The notes under the pieces: model-generated | Seen by the model: the letters and a program-made list of their open reading frames with translations, nothing else | Told to the model about the DNA's origin: nothing | The model's database searches: none | Program-made: the position numbers and the translations under genes | Part shown: positions 32,614-42,754 of the stretch, in pieces | Position numbering within the stretch: the stretch's first letter is position 1 | Layout of the letters: each line of letters opens with the position of its first letter | Assembly: GCA_963800175.1 (NCBI GenBank) | Contig: CAWCZS010000001.1 | Coordinates: 71,490-135,489 of the forward strand | Direction: 5' to 3' | DNA length: 64,000 bases | Source of the DNA: Candidatus Dormiibacterota bacterium | GTDB lineage: Bacteria; Chloroflexota; Dormibacteria; Aeolococcales; Aeolococcaceae

Positions 32614-34228
32614 TCAGATGATCGTGACGCTGATCGACGTGTAGCCCGAGACACCGTAGTTGTCGGTGACGACGACGGTCACCGTGTAACGTGTGGCGTC
32701 GCCTTCAGCCGGGTACACGTGCTCGAGCACGAAGTGATTGCCGTTCAGTGTCAACGGCATCCAGCCGGTGCCGTCGCCGTAGCGGACCGCCGCGGTGAAC
32801 GTCTTGCCGCCCGGCGCTCGCGTCGAGGAAGCTTCCGGATCCGACCCACTCGCGCATCACGTCGACGCCCCCGCCTTTGAGAGAAACCACCGGGGGCGGA
32901 TCAAGACGGGGCGTCGGTGACGGTGAGGGCGATGGTGGACGCCGTCGGCGTTGGCGACGGACGGGCGGTTGGTGACGGCTGCGGGGTGCCGGAGCCGTGC
33001 GAACCACCGCCCGAGCCGGCGTGGCTCGACCCGCCTGCTTTGCTGCCCGTGCTGGTTGGCTTCGGCGTGGAGGGTGACGGTCCGCTGACGGTGAGCACGG
33101 GAAGCGGCGTGATCGCGGTCGGCGGCAGCGTGGCTCGCGGCACGATCCCGGGGACCGCGACCGCGATCGCCGTGGTGCCGGACGCGATGGCCGCGGCGCC
33201 CCAGTTCCAGCCCGAGCGTCTGAATCCAGCCGAGCAGCGACAGCTGCGCGACCCAGGAGCCGAAGCCGACGACGCGCCAGAGGCGACCCATCGAGATGTT
33301 GAGGAACGCGCGCACGACCATCGGGTCGAACTGCGTTCCCGAGCACTTGACCAACTCCTTGCGAGCCGCGGAGACGCTGATCGACTTCCGGTACGGCCGC
33401 GCCGCGGTCATCACCTCGTAGGAGTCGGCGACGGCGACGATGCGCCCCGCAAGCGAGATCTGGTCGCCGGCCAGCCCGTGCGGGTAGCCCGTGCCGTCAT
33501 ACCGCTCGTGGTGTTGCACCACCGCCTCGCCCCACTCCCCGAGCCACGCGCGCAGCGGTCCGATGAGCCGCTCGCCCTCTTCCGGGTGGCGCCGGACCGC
33601 GCTCATCTCAACGTCGGTGAGCGCGGCCGGCTTGGTGAGAATCTCGGGAGGCACCACGAGCTTGCCGATGTCGTGGAGGAGCGACGCCCAGCGCAGGCGC
33701 GCCCGGTCGGCGTCCGACAGATGCATCTCGTCGGCGATGAGGTCCGCGAAGACCCGGACCCGCTCGGAGTGGCCGCGGGTCTGGCGGTCGTGCACGCTGA
33801 GCGCAGCGACGAGCTCGAGCACCTGCTGCATGTACGCCGTGTCGCCACCGCGAACTCCCTTGTCGCGCGCCTCCTGGAGCTGGCGCTGCAGGTCCTTCGG
33901 CTTGCCGACTTTTCTCGCGATGGCGAACCGTTTCGGCGCGCGGTCGGGGAAGAGCAGCGAGAGGTTCAGCAGCGCCGCAAGTGGGAGAAGCCGGCGGCCC
34001 GCACGCTCCAGGGCGATGATCGTGATCGAGCATCACGATCGAGGTCACGGTGAAGGAGAGGGCGGCCGGACCGAAGCCGGACCCGTGCGGCAGCAGCCGG
34101 CTGACGAACGCCCCGGCGATGATCCCCGCTGCGGCGGGGAGGACCACGACGCCGACGCGTACGAGCGCACTCAGGATGGGTCTGCGCTGCCACTGATGCT
34201 CGACGGGCGGCGTGGCCGGAAGCGGCAC
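32614..34228 (-). CDS. Membrane HD-GYP phosphodiesterase with C-terminal Pro/Thr linker and PKD-like domain (frameshifted)
   Basis: N-terminal TMs; HSERV, LLHDIGK, HHERYDGTGYP; C-terminus read by hand YGDG...HVYP...YTVTVVVTD, stop at 32614. Confidence 0.8.
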
Positions 34229-34397
34229 GCCGGGTGACCCGGCAGTGATGGTGTGAACCCCCGCGGTGCCCCTCTCCGCAGCGATCGTCCAGCGGGCCTG
34301 GGGCGCAGCCTCGTCCGAAAGATTCCAGCCTCCCGGCGGACGCCGGTTCGGGCGTTCGGCGGTCTGTGGCGGGGGGGTGACGCGATCGTCGCAGTCG

Positions 34398-35235
34398 TCA
34401 GAATCCGCCGCCTCGAATGCGATTTCGGCGCTCTCGACAGCGCACGCGCCGGCCTCTCGCCGCCAGGGCGGCTAGCGAACCGGTTCGAGCGGGTCCTGTC
34501 CCGTGGCCGACCAGCGTCGCGAGCCGCTCGCGCGAGAGCTCCACCGCACGCGGATCGATGTCTGCGCCGATGAAATCGCAACCGCCACGCATCGCGGCGA
34601 TCCCGGACGAGCCGCTGCCGCAGAACGGATCGCAGACGAGAAACCCTGGCTCCGCGCTGGCCTGCACCATCAGCTCGAAGAGCTTCACCGGTTTCTGCGT
34701 CGGGTAGGCGGCGCGGTGGATGCGCGGCACCGCCCATACATCGGGGAGGTCGCGGCGTGACACCTTGCGCCGGCCCTTGCTGGCAAAGACGATCTGCTCG
34801 TGACGGCGGCGGAAGTAGTGGCCCATCCCGAGGTGCACCTTGTCCCAGACGACGACGCCTTTCACATCGAAGCATTCGCGGACGAGTGCTCCGAGCGAGA
34901 GCATCGAAAAGCTGTCGAACATGATGTAGATGTGCCGGTCCTTGACGCAGCACGCGATGGCACTCGCGCAGAAATACCGCGTACGTCTCGGGGTCGTCGG
35001 AAAACTCGTGAAACCAGCGCTCGTTGTCGGGCTTGCCGTAGTGGCCGACGATCCGCCCATGCCCGAACTTCATATGGCGATTCATGCCGGAGTACGCAGG
35101 GTCGGTCACGATCAAATCCACTGACGCGTCGGGCATTCCCCGCAGGAAGTCGATGCAGTCCTCCGTCCGGATCTCGAACGTTCCGAACGCGGGTCCGGAT
35201 GACACCTCTGGCCCGCCGGCGGAGCGGGCGATCAT
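34398..35235 (-). CDS. Beta-class N4/N6 DNA methyltransferase (frameshift near 34945)
   Basis: VDLIVTDPAY (motif IV variant), YPTQKP, DPFCGSG (motif I); ends approximate. Confidence 0.85.
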
Positions 35236-35315
35236 CGCGCGAACGACCGTTCGCTCATCGCGGCAACTCTACCAGCGCGACTGCCGCGACGAGTGGCGAT
35301 TACACTGCCGCCCGG

Positions 35316-36042
35316 ATGTCAGCAGGATTCGAGCGGCAGCGCAGCGCCCGCGCGGAGTACCGGCGTCGCAATCCGTCGTGGGTCGACAGCGTTCGCATGT
35401 ATCAGGAGTTGATCGGCACCGCGTCGTCGCAGGGAGCCCGCATCCTCGATCTCGGTTGCGGCCGCAACCGACTCCACGGCGACGACCGCTCGTGCGCGCC
35501 GGGTTCCACAGTGTTCGGCGTCGACCCCGACATCGCTGCGCTTGCAACCAACAGAGCGATCGAGCATCGCGTTGTTGCGTCCGGAGAGGAGTTGCCATTT
35601 CGCTCGGGATCGTTCGACGTCGTTGCGTCGGCCTGGGTCCTCGAGCATCTCGACCATCCCGGCCTTGTCTTCTCCGAGGTGCGCCGGGTGCTCCGCACAG
35701 GGCGGCGGCTTCGTCTTCCTCACCCCGAATGCGTGGAACTACAACGCCTGGATGATCCGCGCGATTCCCCACCGCTGGCACGCGGGAATCACGCGGCGAC
35801 TCTATGGACGCGGAGAGGGCGACGCCTACCCGGTCCGCTATCGCGCCAACACCGGCGTCCGCCTGCACCGGCTGCTCAATGCCGCCGGCTTCGATCACGC
35901 AGAGCTGACCTACAACGGGGATCCGTCGTACATCGCCTTCAACCGCCCGCTCCTCGAGCTGTCGTTCGGGATCGAGCGCGTCCTCGCGACACCGCGATTG
36001 CGGACCGCGCAGGTGCATCTGCTCGGCGTCGCCACAGCCTGA
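35316..36042 (+). CDS. Class I SAM-dependent methyltransferase (frameshift near 35700)
   Basis: ILDLGCG, GEELPFRSGSFDVV, VLEHLDHP, EVRRVL. Confidence 0.85.
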
Positions 36043-36072
36043 CCGCCAACGCCGACGACTAAACTCGCGCTC

Positions 36073-37236
36073 ATGTCCATCGACATGACCACCGAGCAGC
36101 GCGAGATCGTCGGGATGGTCCGCGATTTCGTGGAACGCGAGATTCTCCCGGTCGCGCACGACCTCGACCACGACGACACCTACCCGGACAAGATCGTCGC
36201 GCAGATGAAGCAGCTGGGTTTCTTCGGCTTCGCGATCGACGAGCAGTACGGCGGGACCGGCCTCGACTATGCGACGTACGCGATGGTGTGCGAAGAGATC
36301 GCGCGGGGCTGGATGTCGATCACCGGGATCATCAACACGCACTTCATCGTGAGTTTCCTCATCGAGAACTTCGGCACGGATGAGCAGAGGCAGCGCTTCC
36401 TCCCGCGCATGGCAACCGGCGAGTTTCATGGCGGCTTCTCGATGAGCGAGCCCAACTGCGGCTCGGACGTCCAGGCCATTCAGACTCGCGCAGTTCTTGA
36501 CAACGATGCGTATGTCATCAACGGCACCAAGATGTGGGCCACCAACGGCGAGCATTCGACGGTGGTCGCAACGCTCGTGAAGACCGACCCCAACGCTTCG
36601 CCGCCTCATCGCGGTATGTCGTGCATCCTCGCTGAGAAGCAATACGCGGGTTTCACGTCCTCGCGGCACATCGAGAAGCTCGGCTACAAAGGCGTCGAGA
36701 CCACCGAGCTCGTGTTCGAGAACAACCGTCAGCCCGTCGATAATTTGCTTGGAGGCGTTGAAGGTCAGGGCTTCAAACAGATGATGGCCGCCATCGAGGT
36801 GGGCCGCGTCAATGTCGCCGCCCGTGGTGTCGGGGTCGCGCAGCGCGCGTTCGAGCTGTCAATCGCATATGCACAGCAACGCCATGCGTTCGGCGTGCCC
36901 ATCGCACAGCACGAGGCGATTCAGTTCAAGCTCGCCGACATGGCGACGAAGATCCAGGCCGCGCGTCTGCTCACGAATTACGCGGCGCGCAAGAAGGATG
37001 CCGGCGAGCGAGCCGACGTCGAATGCGGGATGGCCAAGCTCTTTGCGAGCGAGACGTGCTTCGAGGTGGTGAGCGAAGCGCTGCGGGTGCATGGTGGCTA
37101 CGGCTTCTCGAAGGAGTACGACGTCGAGCGCCTGTACCGCGACGCGCCGCTCCTGATCATCGGCGAGGGGACCAACGAGATTCAGCGGATCATCATCGCC
37201 AAAGGATTGCTGGAGCGCTACCGCGTCAGCGGCTGA
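36073..37236 (+). CDS. Acyl-CoA dehydrogenase
   Basis: SMSEPNCGSD, NGTKMW, QRHAFG, HGGYGF, GEGTNEIQR. Confidence 0.95.
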   Translation: MSIDMTTEQREIVGMVRDFVEREILPVAHDLDHDDTYPDKIVAQMKQLGFFGFAIDEQYGGTGLDYATYAMVCEEIARGWMSITGIINTHFIVSFLIENFGTDEQRQRFLPRMATGEFHGGFSMSEPNCGSDVQAIQTRAVLDNDAYVINGTKMWATNGEHSTVVATLVKTDPNASPPHRGMSCILAEKQYAGFTSSRHIEKLGYKGVETTELVFENNRQPVDNLLGGVEGQGFKQMMAAIEVGRVNVAARGVGVAQRAFELSIAYAQQRHAFGVPIAQHEAIQFKLADMATKIQAARLLTNYAARKKDAGERADVECGMAKLFASETCFEVVSEALRVHGGYGFSKEYDVERLYRDAPLLIIGEGTNEIQRIIIAKGLLERYRVSG

Positions 37237-38092
37237 TCACCTCGAGCTCGGGCACGTGTGCGAGGCGCGCACGCATCACCTCGATCGCCGCCGGCTCGTT
37301 GTCGATGAGCAGAAAGCGGCGGCCGAGCTCCGCGGCTGCAGCGCCGGTGGTGCCGCTCCCCGCGCACCAGTCGACGACGAGATCGCCCGGACGCGATGAC
37401 GCGCCCACCACGCGGCGGAGAATGCCGAGCGGTTTCTGCGTGGGATAGCCGGTGCGTTCTCGAGAGGACGTCGGAACGATCGTGTGCCACCAGACGTCGG
37501 TGGGCAGCTTGCCGCGAGCAGCGCGCTCTGGCGTCTGCAGTTTCGGCGCCATGTACGGCTCGCGCGCTACCTCGGACGCGTCGAAGTGATATTCGCGAGG
37601 ATCCTTGACGTACACGAGGATGACGTCGTGCTTAGCAGGCCAGCGCCGTTTCGTGCGAGCACCGTAGTCGTATGCCCACACCACCTCGTTGAGGAAGCAC
37701 GCGCGTCCGAAGATCTCGTCGAGCAGCATCTTGCAGTAATGCGACTCACGTGGATCGATGTGGAAATACAGGGTGCCGTGCTGCGCAAGGATGCGGCGCG
37801 ACTCCTCGAGTCTCGGGCGAAGCCAGCCGGTGTAATCGTCGAAGCTGTCCGCGTAGCTCGCACCGGATTGCTGCTCCACCCGATAGTGCCGGCCGGCAAA
37901 TCCGAGGCGTGATGCACTCGCGTCCTCAGTGGCGGTCGTCCGCAGCCCGGTGCGGAATTCACCGGTGTTGAAGGGCGGATCGACGTAGACAAGCCCGGCG
38001 CATCCGTCCGGCAACGACCGCAGGACGTCGAGTGCCTCGCCGTGCACGACAGTCGCCTTCGACAGTTCGGGGCGGAATCGCGTCGCGGCCAC
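37226..38092 (-). CDS. Beta-class site-specific DNA (adenine) methyltransferase
   Basis: VYVDPPFNTG, NEVVWAY, YPTQKP, VDWCAGSGTT. Confidence 0.9.
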   Translation of the reverse strand: MAATRFRPELSKATVVHGEALDVLRSLPDGCAGLVYVDPPFNTGEFRTGLRTTATEDASASRLGFAGRHYRVEQQSGASYADSFDDYTGWLRPRLEESRRILAQHGTLYFHIDPRESHYCKMLLDEIFGRACFLNEVVWAYDYGARTKRRWPAKHDVILVYVKDPREYHFDASEVAREPYMAPKLQTPERAARGKLPTDVWWHTIVPTSSRERTGYPTQKPLGILRRVVGASSRPGDLVVDWCAGSGTTGAAAAELGRRFLLIDNEPAAIEVMRARLAHVPELEVISR

Positions 38093-38109
38093 GTAGAGTA
38101 GGTTGCACC

Positions 38110-38655
38110 ATGGACACACGGGCACTTGCCGCCGCGACGGTTCTCGACCCCGACGGCGCCGAAGTGCGCCTCGCCGGCGAGTGGGCCAAGCGGCCTGTCG
38201 TGGTCGTCTGGCTCCGCCACTTCGGGTGCGTGTTCTGCCGCGAGCAGGTGGCCGAGATTCGCGGCGTTCGATCCGAGATCGAGGCACGCGGCGCGGGGAT
38301 CGTGTTCGTCGGCAACGGGACGCCACGCGCCGCGGCGTGGTTCCAGAAGAACTTCGCCCCCGATTCCATCGTGCTGACGGACCCCGATCTCGTCACCTAC
38401 AGGGCCATCGGGGCGCGCTCGGGGATGCTCTCCACAATGGGTCCGTCCGCCTGGGGCGCCGGCCTGCGCGCACTTCGATCGGGCGCACGCCAGTCGATGA
38501 CCAAAGGCCATCCTTATCAGCAGGGCGGACTTGTGGTCATGGCACCGAGGAATCGCGTTCTCTACAAGCACATCAGCCGCGCCGCCGGCGATCACGCGCC
38601 GGTTGCGGATGTCCTTGCGGCACTGGACGCCTCGGCGAGCACCTCCGCGGCCTGA
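38110..38655 (+). CDS. AhpC/TSA-like peroxiredoxin-like protein (FAM213/AAED1 type)
   Basis: LRHFGCVFCRE, QQGG, DHA. Confidence 0.85.
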   Translation: MDTRALAAATVLDPDGAEVRLAGEWAKRPVVVVWLRHFGCVFCREQVAEIRGVRSEIEARGAGIVFVGNGTPRAAAWFQKNFAPDSIVLTDPDLVTYRAIGARSGMLSTMGPSAWGAGLRALRSGARQSMTKGHPYQQGGLVVMAPRNRVLYKHISRAAGDHAPVADVLAALDASASTSAA

Positions 38656-38657
38656 CC

Positions 38658-39152
38658 ATGCAGTTCGGCCGCTATTACGAGGAATTCGACGTCGGAGCCA
38701 CCTACCGGCATTGGCCTGGCAAGACGATCACGGAGGCCGACGATCACCTCTTCTGCCTGCTGACCATGAATCACCATCCGCTCCATACGGACGCGCACTA
38801 CGCGGAGACCAAAACGGAGTTCGGACGCAACGTCGTGGTGGGCAACCTCGTCTACAGCCTGGCGCTGGGGATGAGCGTCGCCGATGTCAGTGGGAAGGCG
38901 ATCGCCAACCTCGAGGTCGAATCGCTCAAGCACGAGCATCCGACGTTTCACGGCGACACGATCTATGCGGAGACGACAGTGCTCGACAAACGCGAGTCGT
39001 CGAGCAAGCCCGACCGTGGAATCGTCACCGTCGAGACCCGCGCGTTCAACCAGCGCGGCGAGCGCGTCTGCATCTTCAAGCGGCGAGTGATGGTGCCGAA
39101 GCGCGAGGCGGGCGAATTGCAGCCCGCGGATCTCCCGCCCGGCGAGCGCTGA
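38658..39152 (+). CDS. MaoC family dehydratase
   Basis: GRYYEEF, KTITEAD, TMNHHPLH, PTFHGDT. Confidence 0.92.
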   Translation: MQFGRYYEEFDVGATYRHWPGKTITEADDHLFCLLTMNHHPLHTDAHYAETKTEFGRNVVVGNLVYSLALGMSVADVSGKAIANLEVESLKHEHPTFHGDTIYAETTVLDKRESSSKPDRGIVTVETRAFNQRGERVCIFKRRVMVPKREAGELQPADLPPGER

Positions 39153-39153
39153 C

Positions 39154-40398
39154 ATGAGCGCGGGGAGCGCTGAGTCCGCCGCTCGATACAGCGTGCGGCC
39201 GCTGCTGCCCGGCCCCGCCGACGCGTTGCGCGACGCTGTGCTTCGCCTCGGACTCCCACCGGAGCGGCTCTCCGTTCTCGCGGAGCGTGGAGCCGTTGAG
39301 GCACTCGCGCTTCGCGGGCTGAGCATGGACCAGATTCGCGTCCTCGAGCGCCTGGTCGCTGAAGGCGGTGGCGAGGTGCTCAGCAACGCCAATGGCGATC
39401 GCGCCGTGCTGCTCATGCCACTCATGACTGCCGGGATGCTGCCCATGCAGCTGGCGGCGTGGAGCGACAACGCCGGCGAGGTCGGCGCGGCAATCGGTGC
39501 GGTGCTCATGGTGCGCGGTGGACCGCCGCCACCGGTCGAAGTGCCCGGTCATCGCCTCGAGTTCGGCCGGCGGACCCTCGTGATGGGGATCCTCAACGTC
39601 ACACCGGACTCGTTCTCCGGCGACGGGACCGGCGACGACATCGAAGCGGCCGTTGCGCGCGCCGAGTCGCTCGCCAGAGACGGTGCGGACATCGTCGACG
39701 TCGGCGGCGAGAGCACCCGGCCTTCGCGGACGAGAGCAGAGGTCTCTGCCGACGAGGAGATGGCGCGAGTGCTGCCGGTGATTCGAGAGCTGGCTCCACG
39801 ACTTCCCGTTCCGATCAGCATCGACACGCGCAAAGCGTCCGTCGCTGCGGCCGCGCTCGACGCCGGAGCGGTGATCGTCAACGACGTCTGGGGCCTGCGC
39901 GGCGATCCCGATATGGCAGCGGTGATTGCCGCGCACCCGGGAACCGGCGTGATCGCGATGCACAACCAGCACGGCACGGAGTACGGCGATCTTCTGGAAG
40001 ACGTGTGCCTCGGCTTGCGCGAGAGCCTCGCCGTTGCACAGAAGGCCGGCATCCCGCTATCCCAGGTGATCATCGACCCCGGCTTCGGCTTCGCCAAAAC
40101 CCCGGCGCACAACCTCGAGCTTGTGCGTCGTCTCGGTGAGCTGATGGGCTTCGGCCACGCGGTGCTTGTCGGACCGTCGCGCAAATCCACGACCGGACTG
40201 CTCATCGGCGAAACAGGCCAGGAACACCGGCTCGAACCGAGCCTCGCGCTGGCTGTGCTCTGCGTGCAAGCCGGCGCTCACGTGATCCGAGTGCACGATG
40301 TCGCGGAAACCGTCAGGGCGCTGCGCGCCGCAGATGCTGTGGTGCGTGGAACTCCGGAGGCGCTCCGAGATCTACCGATTCCGGGCCCGACAGGGTGA
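39154..40398 (+). CDS. folP: Dihydropteroate synthase with N-terminal extension
   Basis: MGILNVTPDSFSGDG, GGESTRP, DPGFGFAK, SRK, RVHDV. Confidence 0.95.
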   Translation: MSAGSAESAARYSVRPLLPGPADALRDAVLRLGLPPERLSVLAERGAVEALALRGLSMDQIRVLERLVAEGGGEVLSNANGDRAVLLMPLMTAGMLPMQLAAWSDNAGEVGAAIGAVLMVRGGPPPPVEVPGHRLEFGRRTLVMGILNVTPDSFSGDGTGDDIEAAVARAESLARDGADIVDVGGESTRPSRTRAEVSADEEMARVLPVIRELAPRLPVPISIDTRKASVAAAALDAGAVIVNDVWGLRGDPDMAAVIAAHPGTGVIAMHNQHGTEYGDLLEDVCLGLRESLAVAQKAGIPLSQVIIDPGFGFAKTPAHNLELVRRLGELMGFGHAVLVGPSRKSTTGLLIGETGQEHRLEPSLALAVLCVQAGAHVIRVHDVAETVRALRAADAVVRGTPEALRDLPIPGPTG

Positions 40399-40853
40399 GC
40401 GACGCCACGTCGACGGACACCGCCTGGGTCTCACTGGGAACGAACATGGGAAACCGCGGCCAGAACCTCGCGCGGCTCCGCGAAGCTCTTGCCACAGACG
40501 GGGTCGTCTTGGTCGCAACTTCTCCCGAGATCCTCACGCGTCCGGTCGGCGTGACCGCGCAAGGCGACTTTCACAACCAGGTGGTGCGACTACGTAGCCC
40601 GACGCCATGGTCGCCGCAACGCTGGCTCGAGCACTGCCGGAAGGCGGAGATCGCCGCAGGACGGCGGCCGACCTATCGATGGGGACCGCGCATCGCGGAC
40701 GCCGACATCCTGATGCTCGGAGAGCACGGCGAGATCCGCGTGCAGGAACCCGGACTCGTCGTACCGCACCCGGAAATCGGTGACCGCCCATTCGAACAGG
40801 ATCTGCTCGTCGCTGTTGGCTTCAAGAAAAAGGGCACAGGGGAGATGCCATGA
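40395..40853 (+). CDS. folK: HPPK
   Basis: SLGTNMG, RWGPRIADADIL, VPHP. Confidence 0.9.
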   Translation: MSDATSTDTAWVSLGTNMGNRGQNLARLREALATDGVVLVATSPEILTRPVGVTAQGDFHNQVVRLRSPTPWSPQRWLEHCRKAEIAAGRRPTYRWGPRIADADILMLGEHGEIRVQEPGLVVPHPEIGDRPFEQDLLVAVGFKKKGTGEMP

Positions 40854-40930
40854 GCGGCGCTCATGGGGATGATCGCGTACAACGGTGGACGCCCACTCAC
40901 CTGCCTGGCGTGAGCCGGCAGGCTCAGTGT

Positions 40931-41590
40931 TCAGATCGGCAGGCGGTCCGCCAGCTGGGGCACGAGCTTGAGTGCCGTGTCGATCTGCTTGGCGAGCGCG
41001 GCAAGGTCCGGCTGCTTCTCGAAATCGAGGAACCAGGAGTGCTCGGCGGTGAACTTCTCCACGAGTGTGGTGGACCCGAGGACGGCGATCCCCACGTGAA
41101 CACTCGGTTTATCGTCCTCTGAGAACGCTTTGCCAAGCAGGTTCTGCACGGTCTCGACCCAGCCGCCAACCTCATCGAGGTCGTGCAGCTCGTAGCCCCC
41201 GTCGCCGAGCACGAACTCGGCCTCGACGTCGACGAATGCCTGCGGGGTGATCTGCTGATGTGGGCAGTCCTGCGCCTCGTCATCGTCGTGATAGAGCTCG
41301 CAATCCGCGCCCGGCCCGTAGGCCGAGATAAAGGTCAGGAGCGCATCCCACGTGTAGCTGACGTGGACGTGGTATCGGGGCGGCGGATCGCCGGTGAGGC
41401 GGACCGTGCACTCGAAGCGGCGCTCACCGAGCCCTGGCTCGAGATGGTGCCGGACGTCCTCGATGCTCAGGCCGACGGCGTCGACTGCCTCCAGCAGATC
41501 GGAGGCGAACTCCTCATACGAAGGAAAGGTGGGGCGATCGGCTCCTGCCGGCTCGGGACCCGCCTGGCCGGCGCCGGGATGCTCGCTCAT
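40931..41590 (-). CDS. Acidic hypothetical protein
   Basis: 219-aa ORF with GC-rich codon usage; CELYH...DCPH. Confidence 0.7.
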   Translation of the reverse strand: MSEHPGAGQAGPEPAGADRPTFPSYEEFASDLLEAVDAVGLSIEDVRHHLEPGLGERRFECTVRLTGDPPPRYHVHVSYTWDALLTFISAYGPGADCELYHDDDEAQDCPHQQITPQAFVDVEAEFVLGDGGYELHDLDEVGGWVETVQNLLGKAFSEDDKPSVHVGIAVLGSTTLVEKFTAEHSWFLDFEKQPDLAALAKQIDTALKLVPQLADRLPI

Positions 41591-41593
41591 CGG

Positions 41594-41884
41594 TCAGCGC
41601 CCCGGACGGAGGTGGCGGACGGCCACGCGGAGGATGTTGGCGAAGACGACGACGACGAAGAACAGCGAAACAGCGATCACGAGGGGGAGCTCGACGTTCG
41701 GCGTGGAGTACGTGTACGTCGCGAGCACGGCGGCCGCGAACAGCGCCACGGCGATGACCGAGAGCGCGCCGACGGTGATCGCCGAGACGGGGTCAACCCG
41801 CCGGCTTTGCGTGCTCGCCTCGCGTTGATCGAGCATGGGAGGAGTTCGCACGACGCCGAGTGTACTTTGCCGGCCGCCTCCCAT
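41594..41884 (-). CDS. Small two-TM membrane protein
   Basis: Two hydrophobic helices; abuts the next gene; start uncertain. Confidence 0.6.
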   Translation of the reverse strand: MGGGRQSTLGVVRTPPMLDQREASTQSRRVDPVSAITVGALSVIAVALFAAAVLATYTYSTPNVELPLVIAVSLFFVVVVFANILRVAVRHLRPGR

Positions 41885-41895
41885 CCGCGAGGATG

Positions 41896-42609
41896 TCAGC
41901 GGCGAAGGCCCGCGAAGCGGTATCCAATTCCGGGGACGGCGAGGATATGACGCGGTTGCGCCGGATCCGGCTCGATCTTTCGCCGCAGATTGCGGACGTG
42001 GACGTCGATCACCCGCGTCTCAATCGGGTGCTCGTAGCCCCAGACGGCGCTGAGGATCCGTTCTCGCGAGAGCACCTTTCCGGCGTTCGACGCGAGGTAC
42101 GAGAGCAGGTCGAACTCGGTATGCGTGAGCACGATGTCGCGGTCGGCCCTGGTCACCCGGCGCTCGGCCGTGTCGATGACGATGTCGCGGAAGACGAGAC
42201 GTCCGTCCGCCGGCTTGTCTTCGCCGCGTAGCTCCTTGGCTCGCCGGAGCTGGGCGCCGATGCGCGCGAGCAGCTCGCGCGCACGGAAGGGCTTGGCGAT
42301 GTAGTCGTCCGCCCCGATCTCGAGGCCGAGCACGATGTCGATCTCGTCGTGCTTGGCGCTGAGGATGATCACCGGCATGCGGTAGCCGGCTCGGCGGATC
42401 TCGCGGCAGACATCGAAACCCGACAGATCGGGGAGCATGAGATCGAGCACGACGACGTCCGGATGGAAGATTTCAAGGCGGGCAAGCGCCTCGCTGGCTC
42501 GTTCCGCCTCCTGGACGGTGTAGCCCTCGGTCTCGCAGGTGAGGCGCACGGCTTTGCGGATCAGCGCGTCGTCATCGACGACAAGGACCCTTACCTGCTG
42601 TCCATCCAC
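41896..42609 (-). CDS. OmpR/PhoB family response regulator
   Basis: VLVVDDD, LDLMLP, GADDYIAKPF, VHVRNLRRKIE, GIGYRF. Confidence 0.95.
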   Translation of the reverse strand: MDGQQVRVLVVDDDALIRKAVRLTCETEGYTVQEAERASEALARLEIFHPDVVVLDLMLPDLSGFDVCREIRRAGYRMPVIILSAKHDEIDIVLGLEIGADDYIAKPFRARELLARIGAQLRRAKELRGEDKPADGRLVFRDIVIDTAERRVTRADRDIVLTHTEFDLLSYLASNAGKVLSRERILSAVWGYEHPIETRVIDVHVRNLRRKIEPDPAQPRHILAVPGIGYRFAGLRR

Positions 42610-42754
42610 ACCAATTCCTCGAAGTGAGCTCGCGTCATTCTGGAGTATCGAACCTCGTTCGGAACGGTGAAGGGTTGCTACTATACGGGCCAACTCCAAT
42701 TCGGACCGCCTCTGGGGGACGGTCCCCCCTTCACAAAACTGGAGACCCGCACCC

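Noticed and set aside
34230-34450. Cyclic-dinucleotide riboswitch upstream of the HD-GYP gene
   Set aside because: Only fragments (CGCCGAA, CCCGAACC) resemble the c-di-AMP riboswitch; other conserved blocks are not seen. An Rfam/Infernal scan would be needed.
34398-38092. Restriction-modification or defence island
   Set aside because: No endonuclease, specificity subunit or mobile genes; neighbours are metabolic housekeeping genes.
39154-39560. Novel domain fused to FolP
   Set aside because: Similar N-terminal extensions on FolP are, to my knowledge, already seen in several deep-branching lineages; nothing distinctive visible.
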